A stretch of 64,000 bases of DNA from Novakomyces olei (taxonomy: Eukaryota), in the NCBI GenBank assembly GCA_016906335.1, contig JADEYG010000009.1:62001-126000 (forward strand), read 5' to 3'. Shown here in pieces: positions 1 through 11,084 of the stretch (position 1 is the stretch's first letter; every line of letters starts with the position of its first letter). Under the pieces are notes generated by a model, which was not told where the DNA came from, did no database searches, and saw nothing but the letters and a program-made list of their open reading frames with translations. A program made the translations under genes and the position numbers.

Positions 1-579
1 GTTTATAGGCCCGGGTACAGTGATATGATCGGTACCCAATTGCTCCCGAGCCGCCTCAGGAACCTCTTGAACTTGCTTCAAAGTTAGAATATACAATAAT
101 TATATTCAAATATACCATATTAACACCATCGATGAAGACTTCGTTTTTCAGTTTGTCCACCTTAATAATGGAACCTTCCCTTCCTTTATGTAGACCATTG
201 AGCACACGTACCTTTAGCTAGTTAGATCATGTTAAACATAAACTTAAAAACTAAACAAAAACAGATCAAGAGAATCGCAACCAGAACGCTCCACGAGCAA
301 TTGCGACTCAATGGAAACACTTTCGAATCTTACATTATCACCCACAGCAAAAAGCCAGCAGCGTATACGGTCCACCGGACGAACCGGGTTAACTTGCATC
401 ATTCGGTATTTAAGAGAAAAGATTGAAGAAGTCACTTGCGGCAGATGGTCTGGTTTCCACATATGGCCGAACGGACCTTTCTCCGATGGAACTTCACCGG
501 GCAAGGGCTTCGGCATTCCGGGCTTTTTGACCAGATCCTTGATGCGCTGAATGCGCCGCAGCGCCCGACCGCGAAGCAT
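1..579 (-). CDS. Mitochondrial ribosomal protein uL24m (MRPL40-like), 3' end runs off the window
   Basis: ATG at 579. Exon 1 ends ...RCWLFAVGDN, then a GTAAGA..CTAAC..AAAG intron. The next exon reads VRVLNGLHKGREGSIIKVDKLKNEVFIDGVNM, a KOW motif typical of uL24. The basic N-terminus resembles a mitochondrial presequence. Confidence 0.8.
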
Positions 580-1307
580 GGTCTCCAGACTAAGCCAAGT
601 TTTCCAAGCAGATTTTTATAGCCGATGAATAAATTGTCATATAAATTAAATTTAAGGCTAGAAAATAATTATTCGTCGCAGCTCTTGTACAATCTAGTTT
701 TATATTATAAGACCAGAAATTAAAGGTTAAAAGTGCACTAGAAAGAATACATAAATCAAGGTGGATACCAGAGTATTACTTTATGCTTATCGTGCAGTCC
801 TGTGTGGGTCTTTATGTTTTATCATTAGTTCACTCCGTTCACGTCACAAGACACAGGCGATTACCGTTGCCAATATCAATTGTCTTTCACGATAAAGAGC
901 TCTTAAAACTCGCGCCTTACTTTGTCCAGTCTGTATCACGATTCGGGTATTGAAGGTTTAGAAACCCGTTAGAAATCGAGTTTAATATTAACAAGAGCAA
1001 TGCGCCCCTATATCGTTATCAGTAAGATTTTGGTTATAGACCAGTCAATGGTTATCGATTATACCGTATATTTTAAACGTATTCGTATATTTTAAACGTA
1101 TTCTGTGGTGACGACTAGCGTATAAACGTAGTATCATCGCCCTCACCATAAGGTGAACAAGAGAACTGGAGCAAAGCGTGAAGGCTGTTTACGATAGGGA
1201 GCATAAGTAACCACCAGCGAGTCCCGAAATCAATGGATGATTGAACTCTGCCTCCAGGTTTGTGACGTTTTCGGGTAGCTTACCTTCCTGGGCTTGAAAC
1301 CCTTACA

Positions 1308-2597
1308 ATGACCAGCAAGAGACAGCGTCTCGAGAAATTGCTGCAGACTAATAGCGCCAAACGTGAATCTCTGGCCGGACTGGTTCGTCACCACAACCGA
1401 TGCAAATACTTGTTAAAGCTAACTTGGGTTTGAAGGCGTATCAATTGTACCAAACGACAGTGGAGGAGTACGTGCAGGATCTCGCATTGCAAACGTATCG
1501 AGGCCGAGAAACGCGGCAGCAATTGCAGAAACTGGGACTCAAATTGGACCATCCCGCGCCTGGAGTCGATATACACGGTCGGCCTTTTCAAACACCAAAC
1601 ACGGCACCGTACTATAAGTGCAAGTACTGTTCAAGAGAGATCGTTGCCATCCGATTCGCACCTCATTTGGAAAAATGTTTGGGCATAAGCGGACGGCAGA
1701 GCTCTCGCAACGCCACAAGAAAGTATCACCTCCATACCGTTTGCCCGCATATTCAGGATCTATGCTTGCCATTGTGCCGCACTATCTACCAGTGCATGGC
1801 TTGAATTCATTACAAATTATTTCTTTATTCTTCGTCTTTCCATTTTTTTTTACGTTTTAAAGATATATTGTTGTAAAATGCTACATCTCTCTGCATGTTC
1901 TAACCAAAGAATTGGCTCGAATTCTGCTTCAGCCAGCCCCTACGCCAATAGGAAGGGCGCTTCAGATGATGATGATGGGGATGGAGATGACGATGAGTCC
2001 GAGGGCTATGATGGCGGAAACGACGATAACGAGAGCAGCTTTAGCATGAGCGATAATGACAGCAATGTGTCAGTCAGGTATGGCTTATCAAATGGTCTGT
2101 GTTGATTGTTTTACAGTGGGAAAAACGGATCTTCTTCCCGGGTCGTCAGCCGGCCAGTTACAAGCGAAGCAGATTCGGGAACAGACGGTGACACCGGCAG
2201 TGAAAGTGCTAATGGAGACGCGCCGCGAAAGGCCAAAAGACGTAAACTTAAGACCAAGGTATTTTTCCTCTTACTTTCATTTTACCGAATTTATTATATA
2301 TCTTTAGTCTCCAAGGTTCTATTCAATTCGATCTTTTTATTATAAAGCATGGTCTTTGTATTCATTTATTACGCCTTGGTGATGGCTGGAGAGATATTGG
2401 CGTGAAACTCGGCAATTATTTACTCGTCATGTCTTGTCTATGATTCCCGAAATGTTTTTTCTATCCAATTATATCCTACATCTTTTTTATGTTATTGAAT
2501 GTTTACATGAAACCAGAACGCAACAATGAATCATCTCAAGCGCGACCTCGTCCCAAATGGCGCAAATGGTGCGTCGCCACTGTCGCGCATGATTTAA
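1308..2597 (+). CDS. SGF11: SAGA deubiquitination module subunit Sgf11 (multi-exon)
   Basis: Sgf11 zinc finger CKYCSREIVAIRFAPHLEKCLGI followed by GRQSSRNA. Spliced from ATG 1308 through an acidic, Ser-rich tail to a likely TAA at 2595-2597. The last exon is the least certain. Confidence 0.85.
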
Positions 2598-2681
2598 GGG
2601 AAGAATCAAAATGTCTTTTTGCGCAAAATGGTCTTGCTTGTACGTGTATTTGAGCATCTAGCATTTTTAAAGGCATTATCC

Positions 2682-2771
2682 AGCAGCATTATCATTTTGA
2701 TGTCGGGAATTATTAATTGGACTTAAAGCAGCATTATCATTTTGATGTCGGGAATTATTAATTGGACTTAA
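2682..2771. repeat. Perfect 45-bp tandem duplication (2 copies)
   Basis: agcagcattatcattttgatgtcgggaattattaattggacttaa at 2682-2726 and again at 2727-2771. Confidence 0.95.
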
Positions 2772-3289
2772 TAGTATAGATGGAATTTTTAATGTATCAT
2801 CTTTTTTATGACGACCACGAAGCGTGTCAAGTAATACAGCATCGTAATTCAATGATTTTTTGTAGTTTTTCCTTACCTCAAATGAGAAGCCATTTTACTG
2901 GGTCTTTTGGGCTGTATTTCTTATGAGTCAGTCCTATATTATTTACGATACAGTTATATTTCCATAGGTGTATACATATTGCTCGTAGGACCGATCCAAT
3001 GAAATGCGTTGGCTGGAAGGGTTACTTTACGGGAAACTATTATTGTCCAGAAGTAAATACAATTTTTGATTATTACTAATAAGAAATGAAAATGCTTATA
3101 TAAAAAGTCACTCGAGCGTTCACAAAAATTCGTTCTGCTTTATTATCCTTATTTAACAAAATCACCACTTAATTCTACCAAATACGAAAACTATTCATCT
3201 ATACAGAGTCGAAGACAATAAGCAAAAAGCAATCCTGCTAGACAAACCAAACGACCGCAGGGACAATGCAAGTCCTGTCACATCTCTCT

Positions 3290-5086
3290 CTATCGTGCAA
3301 CCTGCAAAGCTATCTCCTTCACTACCTCAAACGCATTTATATAATCTTTTTCTGTCTGTAAAGTGCCGCCGCCCACAACGCGAATAGCTTTTATTCCATT
3401 AACATGATCATGGCCCAAAACTGTCATGCTTAAAAATATCCTTCCATCCTGGTTTATCCGGTCGTGAACTTTTTGTGTAATCGCATTCTCCACCTCATGA
3501 TCTGTCCCACACTTTGTTTCATCGCTATGGCTTGCACCATTCTCATAGTTATGGACGCCGTTTTCCTCTTTCCTCTGTAAAGGCCGCACGGAAAAGCAAG
3601 TTAGCCCAAACCGTGGTGGTGCCTGTAGTGCAAACAAATCCGGTTCGGACTTTATCAGATCCAAAAACACTTGTGCAGCTTTTAATGAACGTCTAATATG
3701 AGCCTGCAGCCCTTGAAGCCCATACGATCGCATAACGAACCAGATTTTCAAAGATCGGAACCGCCGACCCAACGGCACTTGCCAGTCCCTATAGTCGGTA
3801 ACGCGACCCGAGTCGGATAGCTGATTCCGAAGGTAAGGCGGATTTATCGACAAAGCTTTTGTCAAATCTGATTTATGCTTCACAAACATACAACTGCAGT
3901 CGAAATTAGTAAGAAGCCATTTGTGCATATTAACGTCAAACGAGTCGGCCTGCTCTAATTGAGCCGCAAGCGGATGAAATTCGGGGCAGATTAAAGCAGC
4001 TCCCGCGTAAGCAGCGTCTACATGCAGCCAAGTACTGCGTAAATCGGATTTCTGCTCTCTTTCCTTTTTATTTTCCGTCTCAAAGTCAGATATCACACCC
4101 GCGATCCCCGCAATATCGTCAACGGCACAACTTCCCGTAGTACCAAACGTGGCCGTTACAAAAAAGGGGATCAACCCACGCGACTTGCACTTGATCATAG
4201 TCTCGTGGAAACTTTGCGCTGTAACTTGCCAAGTTCCAGGGCACGATTTTATATTGAGATAGCGAACGCCGAGTATTTGCGCAGCTTTTTGTGTACAAGA
4301 ATGAGCTTGATCTGAGCCAAGAGCAATGAGCTTAGACTGAATTTCTGCACGGTGGTCATCCACTGCATCAGAACCGGCAATATCGTCATTATAGCTGCCA
4401 TCAAGATCAGTACCGTCTTGATCATTAACGTCCTTGTTTTTGCGCATAAAACAATATTTGCGTAAACACCGTTCGCGGGCGGCAATCATAGCGACTAACA
4501 CGGCTTCCGAAGCGCTGCCCTGGATCACGCCGCCCCCACTGGAAGTGGAAAGGAAATGATTGGGTAAATGGCACGCTTTAGCGAGCCAATCGAGCACGAT
4601 CGTTTCGAGTTCCGTTACAGCGGGCGAGCAGATGTAGTTGAATGAGATGGCATTAAACATATCGGAATACATATCGCCCAAGATTCCGGGAAAGCTCGAG
4701 TTTGCTGGGAAAAAGGCAAAAAAATTCGGGGATTGCCAGTGAGTGATACCGGGCTGTAATTTATCAGTCAATGCTGATTTCTCCAAGGCAAAATGCAAAA
4801 TCAAAGTATGTAACGAAAGTAAAAAGCTCTTACGACAATATATTTTTCGATATCTGCTTGAATGTCGCCCCATTGCTCGCCGTTTTGCGGTATTTGTTCT
4901 GGCAGACGCTGCCTTAAATAACCCGGGGTTACTTCTGAAAGGCATTGCAGCGAGGATACTTGTTCTCGATATTGTATAACTTTTTAGAGTCAGCAAACGC
5001 AATTGCTATTTCTTGTCTGTAAATATGCCACTCATACTCCTGTCAACGGCCGCGTAACCTGCTTTGCGAAACTCTTCTGCGTCCAT
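3290..5086 (-). CDS. PLP-dependent aromatic L-amino acid decarboxylase (group II)
   Basis: MDAEEFRKAGYAAVD start at 5086 with two short introns. Motifs PGITHWQSPNFFAFFP, GGGVIQGSASEA, WLHVDAAYAGA, DSFDVNMHKWLLTNFDCS (PLP lysine) and DWQVPLGRRFRSLKIW. Confidence 0.93.
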
Positions 5087-5357
5087 CGCTGTCTCGACTC
5101 GTGGTCTGCTCAAATATATTTAATTTATCGGCAATTTAAGCATAGAAGACATACGTGCAAAAGATGATATATGAACCTGTATTTTGGATGGAAATTCAAG
5201 CAATATTCTTTGGTGATTATCTATGTTACATGACAAAATTCTAGTATAATTTTTATTCCTGTTTACATTATGGAGATAAGCTTTGGTGCGTAGTATAAAG
5301 CACGACATTTAGCTGCAAAAGCAATTGGGCAGTTTCGCTTCACCGCGACCATTTCAA

Positions 5358-6438
5358 ATGTCAGCGCGGCTGTGGGACGTGACAATCCCGTCTTCGGCAA
5401 AGCACACAGCCACTATAATTTTTGCTCATGGTATAGGCATAACTAGGATTGCAATCTCAACACACATAGGTTTAGGCGATTCGGGGTCAGGATGGCAGTT
5501 TCTAGCTGGTTATTTGCGACAACATAAACTGTGTGAGCATGTCAAATTCATATTTCCCACTGCTCCTCAGCAGCGCGTGACTGTAAATATGGGGTAGGCT
5601 TTTGGGATACTATTATCAAGATAAATCTTTTCATTATCTTCAGTCTGCTCTTTTGATTCTTTACTGCTCTACTTTTTTCTCAATCCACCACGCTCCTTTA
5701 ATGCTTTGGCCGTACTAAAGGTTTCAGTATGCCAGCACGGTCGTGGTTTGATATCCACGATTTGGGCACGGACACTTCGTACAACCAGGACGACGTTTTA
5801 CAATCATCTCGCCTCGTTCAGCAAATTATAACTGCAGAGGCGGACGCTGGAATATCACCCGATCGTATCGTTGTGGGAGGCTTTTCACAAGGTTGAGATC
5901 TGCGCTTGGGTAGCATTCGCTAACCTTAATGTTTAGGCTGCGCCGTTTCTATGCTTGCTGCTTTGACTTATGAGCGGCGATTGGCTGGTAAGTTGAGATT
6001 ATCTCTTTGCAATAGAGAAGCTGATTTTTATTCCAGGAATAATCGGATTCTCAGGATTCCTACCATTGGAGACACGCATTCAAGCGGTGGGCTATAGCGA
6101 ATGTTTAATTAGGCGTTTGTGCTAATTGGGCAGATGGTCACGGACGCAAACAAAGGCATTCCCGTGTTTTTGGGTCACGGCACACAGGACGGCATTTTAC
6201 CGTTCTTATTAGCCGAACGTACGCGCGACGCGTTGAACAAAATTCTCAAGACACCCGTCGAGTTTCATGCTTACCACGGTATAAAAAGCAATTCTTTTCT
6301 GAATATTATTTTTATCTGTTGTTTTCTTTTCGCGTTCTTTGTTAGCTGACCCAGGAATCTACAGGCATGGATCATAGTGCGTCTCCGGAAGAGCTGGCTG
6401 ATGTAGCCAAGTTCATTACCCGTATTTTGCCCCAATAG
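5358..6438 (+). CDS. Acyl-protein thioesterase 1 / lysophospholipase (alpha/beta hydrolase), multi-exon
   Basis: Spliced motifs HTATIIFAHG-LGDSG, VKFIFPTAP, WFDI, RIVVGGFSQG (nucleophile), PVFLGHGTQD and YHG-MDHS. Stop TAG at 6436-6438. Confidence 0.9.
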
Positions 6439-7003
6439 TTGCTCATAGAGACCGATAGATATCTATTTAAAATTGTTTATCAACGTTTTTAGAGCTTTGA
6501 TTTAAATATGTAAAGCACTCGACTGATTATGATTATTATCGCTTATTATTTTCGCGGTGGGTTTTTTTTCACACATAATACGAACGACTGTAGCGTTACT
6601 TATATATTTCATTTGATAAATTTCATGAGGATATATCCGTCTCGAGTAATATTGGACGTGTAGTCGTATCGTATATAGTGAAAAAGAGACCGCATATGAG
6701 CCAATTTTAAAGTTCTTTAGCCGAAGAATTTGAGAGGAACTTGGAACGTTTTCCATCGCCAAATTTGTGTTGTCGAGTCATCCAATGATTGTGGCTTCTA
6801 CGATCGTCTACGTTTGTCTATCTTCTTCTACGATCACGTGCAGCAAACAATATCTGCGGGCCCATTAGCCAATGAGCGGGGAGACGTCCTGATCCGGATA
6901 TATGATGTCATCTCCGGATTTTGCACGAAGGATGGAGAGCGAAAGAGGCGGACTATAAATATGAGGTGGTCATCCTCACGGATACAATGATAAGCGTATC
7001 ATC

Positions 7004-7492
7004 ATGTCACAAGAAGGAGACAAGACTTTTTCTGAGCAAGCGTAAGTGTCTACCATTGTGATACACAAATCACGCGACTGGTTTTACTATTTCAGACTTG
7101 CTTACTCCTCTAGTCACGAGTTTGCCAACAAGGTTTACCAGCAAGGCCACGACGCCTATGAGGCAGGCCGGGAAAAGCTCGACCATACCCTCCAAGATGC
7201 CAAAACGAGCGACAAATCTTACTTAGAGCAGGCTCAGGCTAAGGCAGAGGAGCTTTACAACTCTGGCAAGGAGCACCTCGGCTTGGGATCCGACCCCGGC
7301 CGCAAAGGTATAGGCGAGCAAGTCGAAGAGAAGATTACTCCGGATAGCTCAAAGAGCACTATCGACAAGGCTTCCGAGACTGTCACCAACAAGGCTGATA
7401 AGCTTGCTGGGGAAGTTTACTCCGACAAGGACAAGAACATTGGCCAGCGTGCTTTTGATACGGTACGCCGCGAGGCGGACAAGAAGGATTAA
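7004..7492 (+). CDS. Hsp9/Hsp12-family hydrophilin with an N-terminal LEA-like extension
   Basis: ATG 7004 and one intron (GTAAGT..TAG). The C-terminal half SDPGRKGIGEQVEEKITPDSSKSTIDKASETVTNKADKLAG matches the Hsp12/Hsp9 signature. Confidence 0.8.
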
Positions 7493-7861
7493 CTTGCATC
7501 CTTTTAGTCTATTAACTCCACCTTTAATGAAGTATAAATATTGAATCATTATCATTAATCCAAGTTAAGATATAAAATTGAGCGTTGTCTAGCCCAATCA
7601 ATAGAAACAGTAACTGTAAAAACAGGAATGTTGCAATAATCTTATCTGTGGTGACGGTCATAGAATACGGTTGTGTAATCAGTGCCTGAAAAAAAAAGGA
7701 AATCCAAACTCTCCGATATGAATTATATTCGAACGCGCAATTTACAAAGAAAAGTGTGCTTGTTTGAAGTTATTGACAGTATTATTACTATGTTACAGCG
7801 CGGACTCTTTTGAGACCAAACCTGGACCCCAAAATGAACTAAGAGCAATCCGCTTTTATTT

Positions 7862-9562
7862 TTACAAGCCATCTAAAACCTTCTCCTGTTCAACAATCGA
7901 AGTTTGGCCCGTCTTGTAAAGCAGATCGGCTTCATCTTCCAAGTATTGCTTTCCTTCCAGCACCGCCTTTTCAGGATCCACGAACAAAAGCAAGCAAAAC
8001 CCTAGGATTGTGCAAGGCAGTAAAAATGCAAATGCCATGTTTGTGTTGCCCCCACTCTTATCAATGATAGCCGATGTAATAAACGGGCCAATAAAAGCAC
8101 TCGTCTTCCCGGAAATCGTAAACAGGCTCCAAAACAAAAACATTTTGGGCCGTGGAACCAAATCCGAGAGAAAAGTGTAAGGTAGCTGGTACCATTGGCA
8201 CACAAGCAATCCAAAATATGCCTGATAAGCCCAAATTTCCCCCACATTCTTAAATCCCACGTGATGGGCCCAAATACCGATGAAGCCCCAAACGCAAAGG
8301 ATAACGATGCAGGCCACATTAAATAAAAGTACGGTCTTGGTGTGGAAGCGAAATTTTCTTTGACAGAGCCACATTATGAGCATCCCTGTGCCCTGTGTTC
8401 CAAAAGCCAATATTGTCATATAATTTAATTCAATTATAGAGTAGGAGATAACGCTATTTTGAAGTGTTCCAATCACGGTTACACACGTATTCAAAGAATC
8501 TGACAAGATGAAATAGGCCACGAGATAAATCGAGACGGCCTTGAGCCGTTTTAAATGTTTGATTGCCTGCCAAAGATTTACATAGCCAACCGTAGCAAAT
8601 GTTGTGCCTGGTGGTAACTTTTGCCCGGGTCTTTTTTGTTCCTTCAAGAACCAGGGGATCGCAAAGACTATCCAAATACCTGTTGTATAAGCAATGATAA
8701 CGTTGATGGCATTGGTATTTGTCGCCACATCACGGTTCGCATCTAGAGCAATTAAAATGCCTGCCCCAATGGCGAGTTGCACGACGGGTCCATAAGAAGT
8801 CCAAAGAAAAGCATAGTCTGCTATTTTATTGCGCTCAACCATATCAACCTCCATATACTCTCGTGGGCTCATTCGTCCTTCAACAACAGCCTTTTCATTG
8901 TCCTGCATATGCTTTTGATCACGAACGAGACCGGGCATTGCTGCTAAGAAATACGCGGTAGAATTGTTGAACATTACGTAACCAATTGCGTAAAGGGCAC
9001 ACGCGGCCTGCCAGTCTGCTCCTGTTCGAACTGCTAGCCAAGAAAACCCCACCCCCCACGAAATGACGCTAGTGACAACGCAGATCCATCGCCGCCATGA
9101 GCCATAATCGGCATATGCGCCGATAGTCAGACTGATCATCACCTGAATGGCAAATGAAATTCCCGAAATATCCAGTACAATTGCCGTAACCGGTTTAGGT
9201 GATCCCGCAAATGGGAGAACACATCGACCCGTCGAGCCACATGGGGCGTAGCCGTGAGGACCGCTTCCAACTTGATCGGGATTGTAACCCGCCTGAGCCA
9301 AAATGTTTTGCAGCTGGGACGGAGCATAGTTCCACAGCCCTATTCCCGTATTTCCAAAGTAATACAGATAGTAGCAAATCAATTCTAGTTTTGTCGTTGT
9401 TTTAGGAGGTTCTGAAGTTTTGGGAATGATATTGTCTTCATCTACAAGCGCTTGACCTGACGCATTCGCTTTTGCGTCTCGATCTATGAGAGTTACCACT
9501 TCTCCAGATTGTTGTTTGGACTCTGTGGAGAGCGGTTCAACCAAAGCTTTTGCGTTCTTCAT
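7862..9562 (-). CDS. Atg22-like MFS transporter (amino acid/small amide efflux family), intronless
   Basis: Single ORF with about 12 hydrophobic segments. Atg22-family motifs ISFAIQ, IGAYADYGSWRRW, RPGQKLPPG, YLVAYFILSDSLNT and SGKTSAFIGPFITSAI. Confidence 0.85.
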   Translation of the reverse strand: MKNAKALVEPLSTESKQQSGEVVTLIDRDAKANASGQALVDEDNIIPKTSEPPKTTTKLELICYYLYYFGNTGIGLWNYAPSQLQNILAQAGYNPDQVGSGPHGYAPCGSTGRCVLPFAGSPKPVTAIVLDISGISFAIQVMISLTIGAYADYGSWRRWICVVTSVISWGVGFSWLAVRTGADWQAACALYAIGYVMFNNSTAYFLAAMPGLVRDQKHMQDNEKAVVEGRMSPREYMEVDMVERNKIADYAFLWTSYGPVVQLAIGAGILIALDANRDVATNTNAINVIIAYTTGIWIVFAIPWFLKEQKRPGQKLPPGTTFATVGYVNLWQAIKHLKRLKAVSIYLVAYFILSDSLNTCVTVIGTLQNSVISYSIIELNYMTILAFGTQGTGMLIMWLCQRKFRFHTKTVLLFNVACIVILCVWGFIGIWAHHVGFKNVGEIWAYQAYFGLLVCQWYQLPYTFLSDLVPRPKMFLFWSLFTISGKTSAFIGPFITSAIIDKSGGNTNMAFAFLLPCTILGFCLLLFVDPEKAVLEGKQYLEDEADLLYKTGQTSIVEQEKVLDGL

Positions 9563-9697
9563 AGCCAACCGCCGTTCAAAGAGTGGGAGGGTAACGAGCG
9601 AGTGAGTGCCCGTTATATAAAAAGATTCTGTGCTGCTTTTTCGAAAGCTTAACGTTTATCAATCTACTTTTTATCAGCTTATCGTTCTTGCTGCTAT

Positions 9698-9710
9698 CTC
9701 CGTCGGCTGC
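9698..9710 (+). promoter_or_regulatory. Candidate Zn2Cys6 site CTCCGTCGGCTGC in the transporter/M24 divergent promoter
   Basis: Near-inverted copy at 10004-10016 (gcagccgaagggg) and an identical 10-mer at 13318-13327. It contains the CCG/CGG triplets typical of zinc-cluster sites. Several GATA/TATC cores lie nearby. Confidence 0.4.
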
Positions 9711-10168
9711 ATTCGCGTTCTGACAAGTCATTGACGATATGCCAAATTGGGCTGAGCGGAAGAACAGTATTAGCGATATCGAGTAAGTAGTATTGCGTTT
9801 CCCACATCCAATGATCCACCCGCCACAACAGGGGAGCCATGCGAGCAGCCAATCCTGTGCGGTTTGATAGGTGTCAATGATACTAACTAGTCAATTTATG
9901 CGTTTAACACTTTTCGCTTTAGCACGAAGCAAATTGTGGTTATAGAACAATAGGATTGCCTATTTCAGTACTGTTTTATTATTAGGTCGTCTCGTCCCAC
10001 CTCGCAGCCGAAGGGGCTACACCTTTTATTATATGTACACCTCTAGAATGTGTATCGAATATGATGTACATTAGATACACATGTCACAAGTGATAAGCGC
10101 CTCAACTGGTATCCCACGTATCGAGCACGTATATATCTAAACTACTCGCGGGCCCATAGTCAAGCGTA

Positions 10169-10903
10169 ATGTCTGTAGAAACAGTCGCCAAATGCGCTCT
10201 AGCATGCAATATCAAAGCCTCATTAGACAGCGAACAGTCGGTGGAGATATCGGACGAGCCTCCTCCCGGCTTAATTGAAGCCCAGCGTTTAGCAGTGCGT
10301 GTAGCAGAGCAAATCGTTCATCAAGTCCAGCCCGGTCAAACAGAAAAGGAAACGGTTCGTCAGGCAGACGATTTAATTCGTGAGCTGGGTGGTGCTGGAG
10401 TATGGACTCCCACCGTCGTTGGGTTTGGCATTGGAACACTCAGCTGTTTTCCAACTGACGTGCCGTCGGACCGCCCATTATGGAACATCGATCTGGGTCA
10501 CGTGGACGTCCATCCCATTACAAAAGCGGGATGGTGGGGAGATTGTACGCGGACACTTTACGTGGGCGGTAATCGGCCGCAGGGGAACGCGCTGGCTACT
10601 TTACAACGTATCCACAAACACGTTCTTGCATCGGCAACACCGGGAATGCGGGCTTGTGACCTTTTTGGGGTATTTGCTAAAGAGCTGGCAAAAACGGAAT
10701 ACGTTTTGCTCGACAGGCTACAAAATATCGGGCATTCATTAACTCAGAATTCATCATATGATTATGGCTACCTTGATGCCTATAATGAAACAGTTCTTGA
10801 AGGAGCATGGGCAATTGAGCCTTTCATTGGTAATCATTTGTACGGCGTAAAACTAGAAGACGTTTTATGGTTTGGTCCATCAAAAGTTACAGTGATCGAT
10901 TGA
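10169..10903 (+). CDS. M24-family (pita-bread fold) metallohydrolase, single domain, intronless
   Basis: 244 aa. Dimetal ligands appear in the expected order: VDVHP..WGDCTRT (D, D), IGHSL (H), AIEPF (E), KLEDV (E). There is no N-terminal creatinase/prolidase domain. Confidence 0.85.
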   Translation: MSVETVAKCALACNIKASLDSEQSVEISDEPPPGLIEAQRLAVRVAEQIVHQVQPGQTEKETVRQADDLIRELGGAGVWTPTVVGFGIGTLSCFPTDVPSDRPLWNIDLGHVDVHPITKAGWWGDCTRTLYVGGNRPQGNALATLQRIHKHVLASATPGMRACDLFGVFAKELAKTEYVLLDRLQNIGHSLTQNSSYDYGYLDAYNETVLEGAWAIEPFIGNHLYGVKLEDVLWFGPSKVTVID

Positions 10904-11084
10904 GATAATGAACTACATACCAAAAAAGATTTGAAAGTACCGAACAAAATCTCAGACAATTCCTATATGGCCTTTTATGAATCAGAGTTTCACAGCAAAT
11001 AGGTCACGTTGCGCTTTCCAAAGTAAAGTTCATTGAATAAACAAATTGAGTAAACAAAAGCACGCCGGAAAGCTCCAGTATATC

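Noticed and set aside
2682-2771. 45-bp direct repeat as a CRISPR-like array
   Set aside because: Two abutting copies with no spacer, no cas genes and a eukaryotic context.
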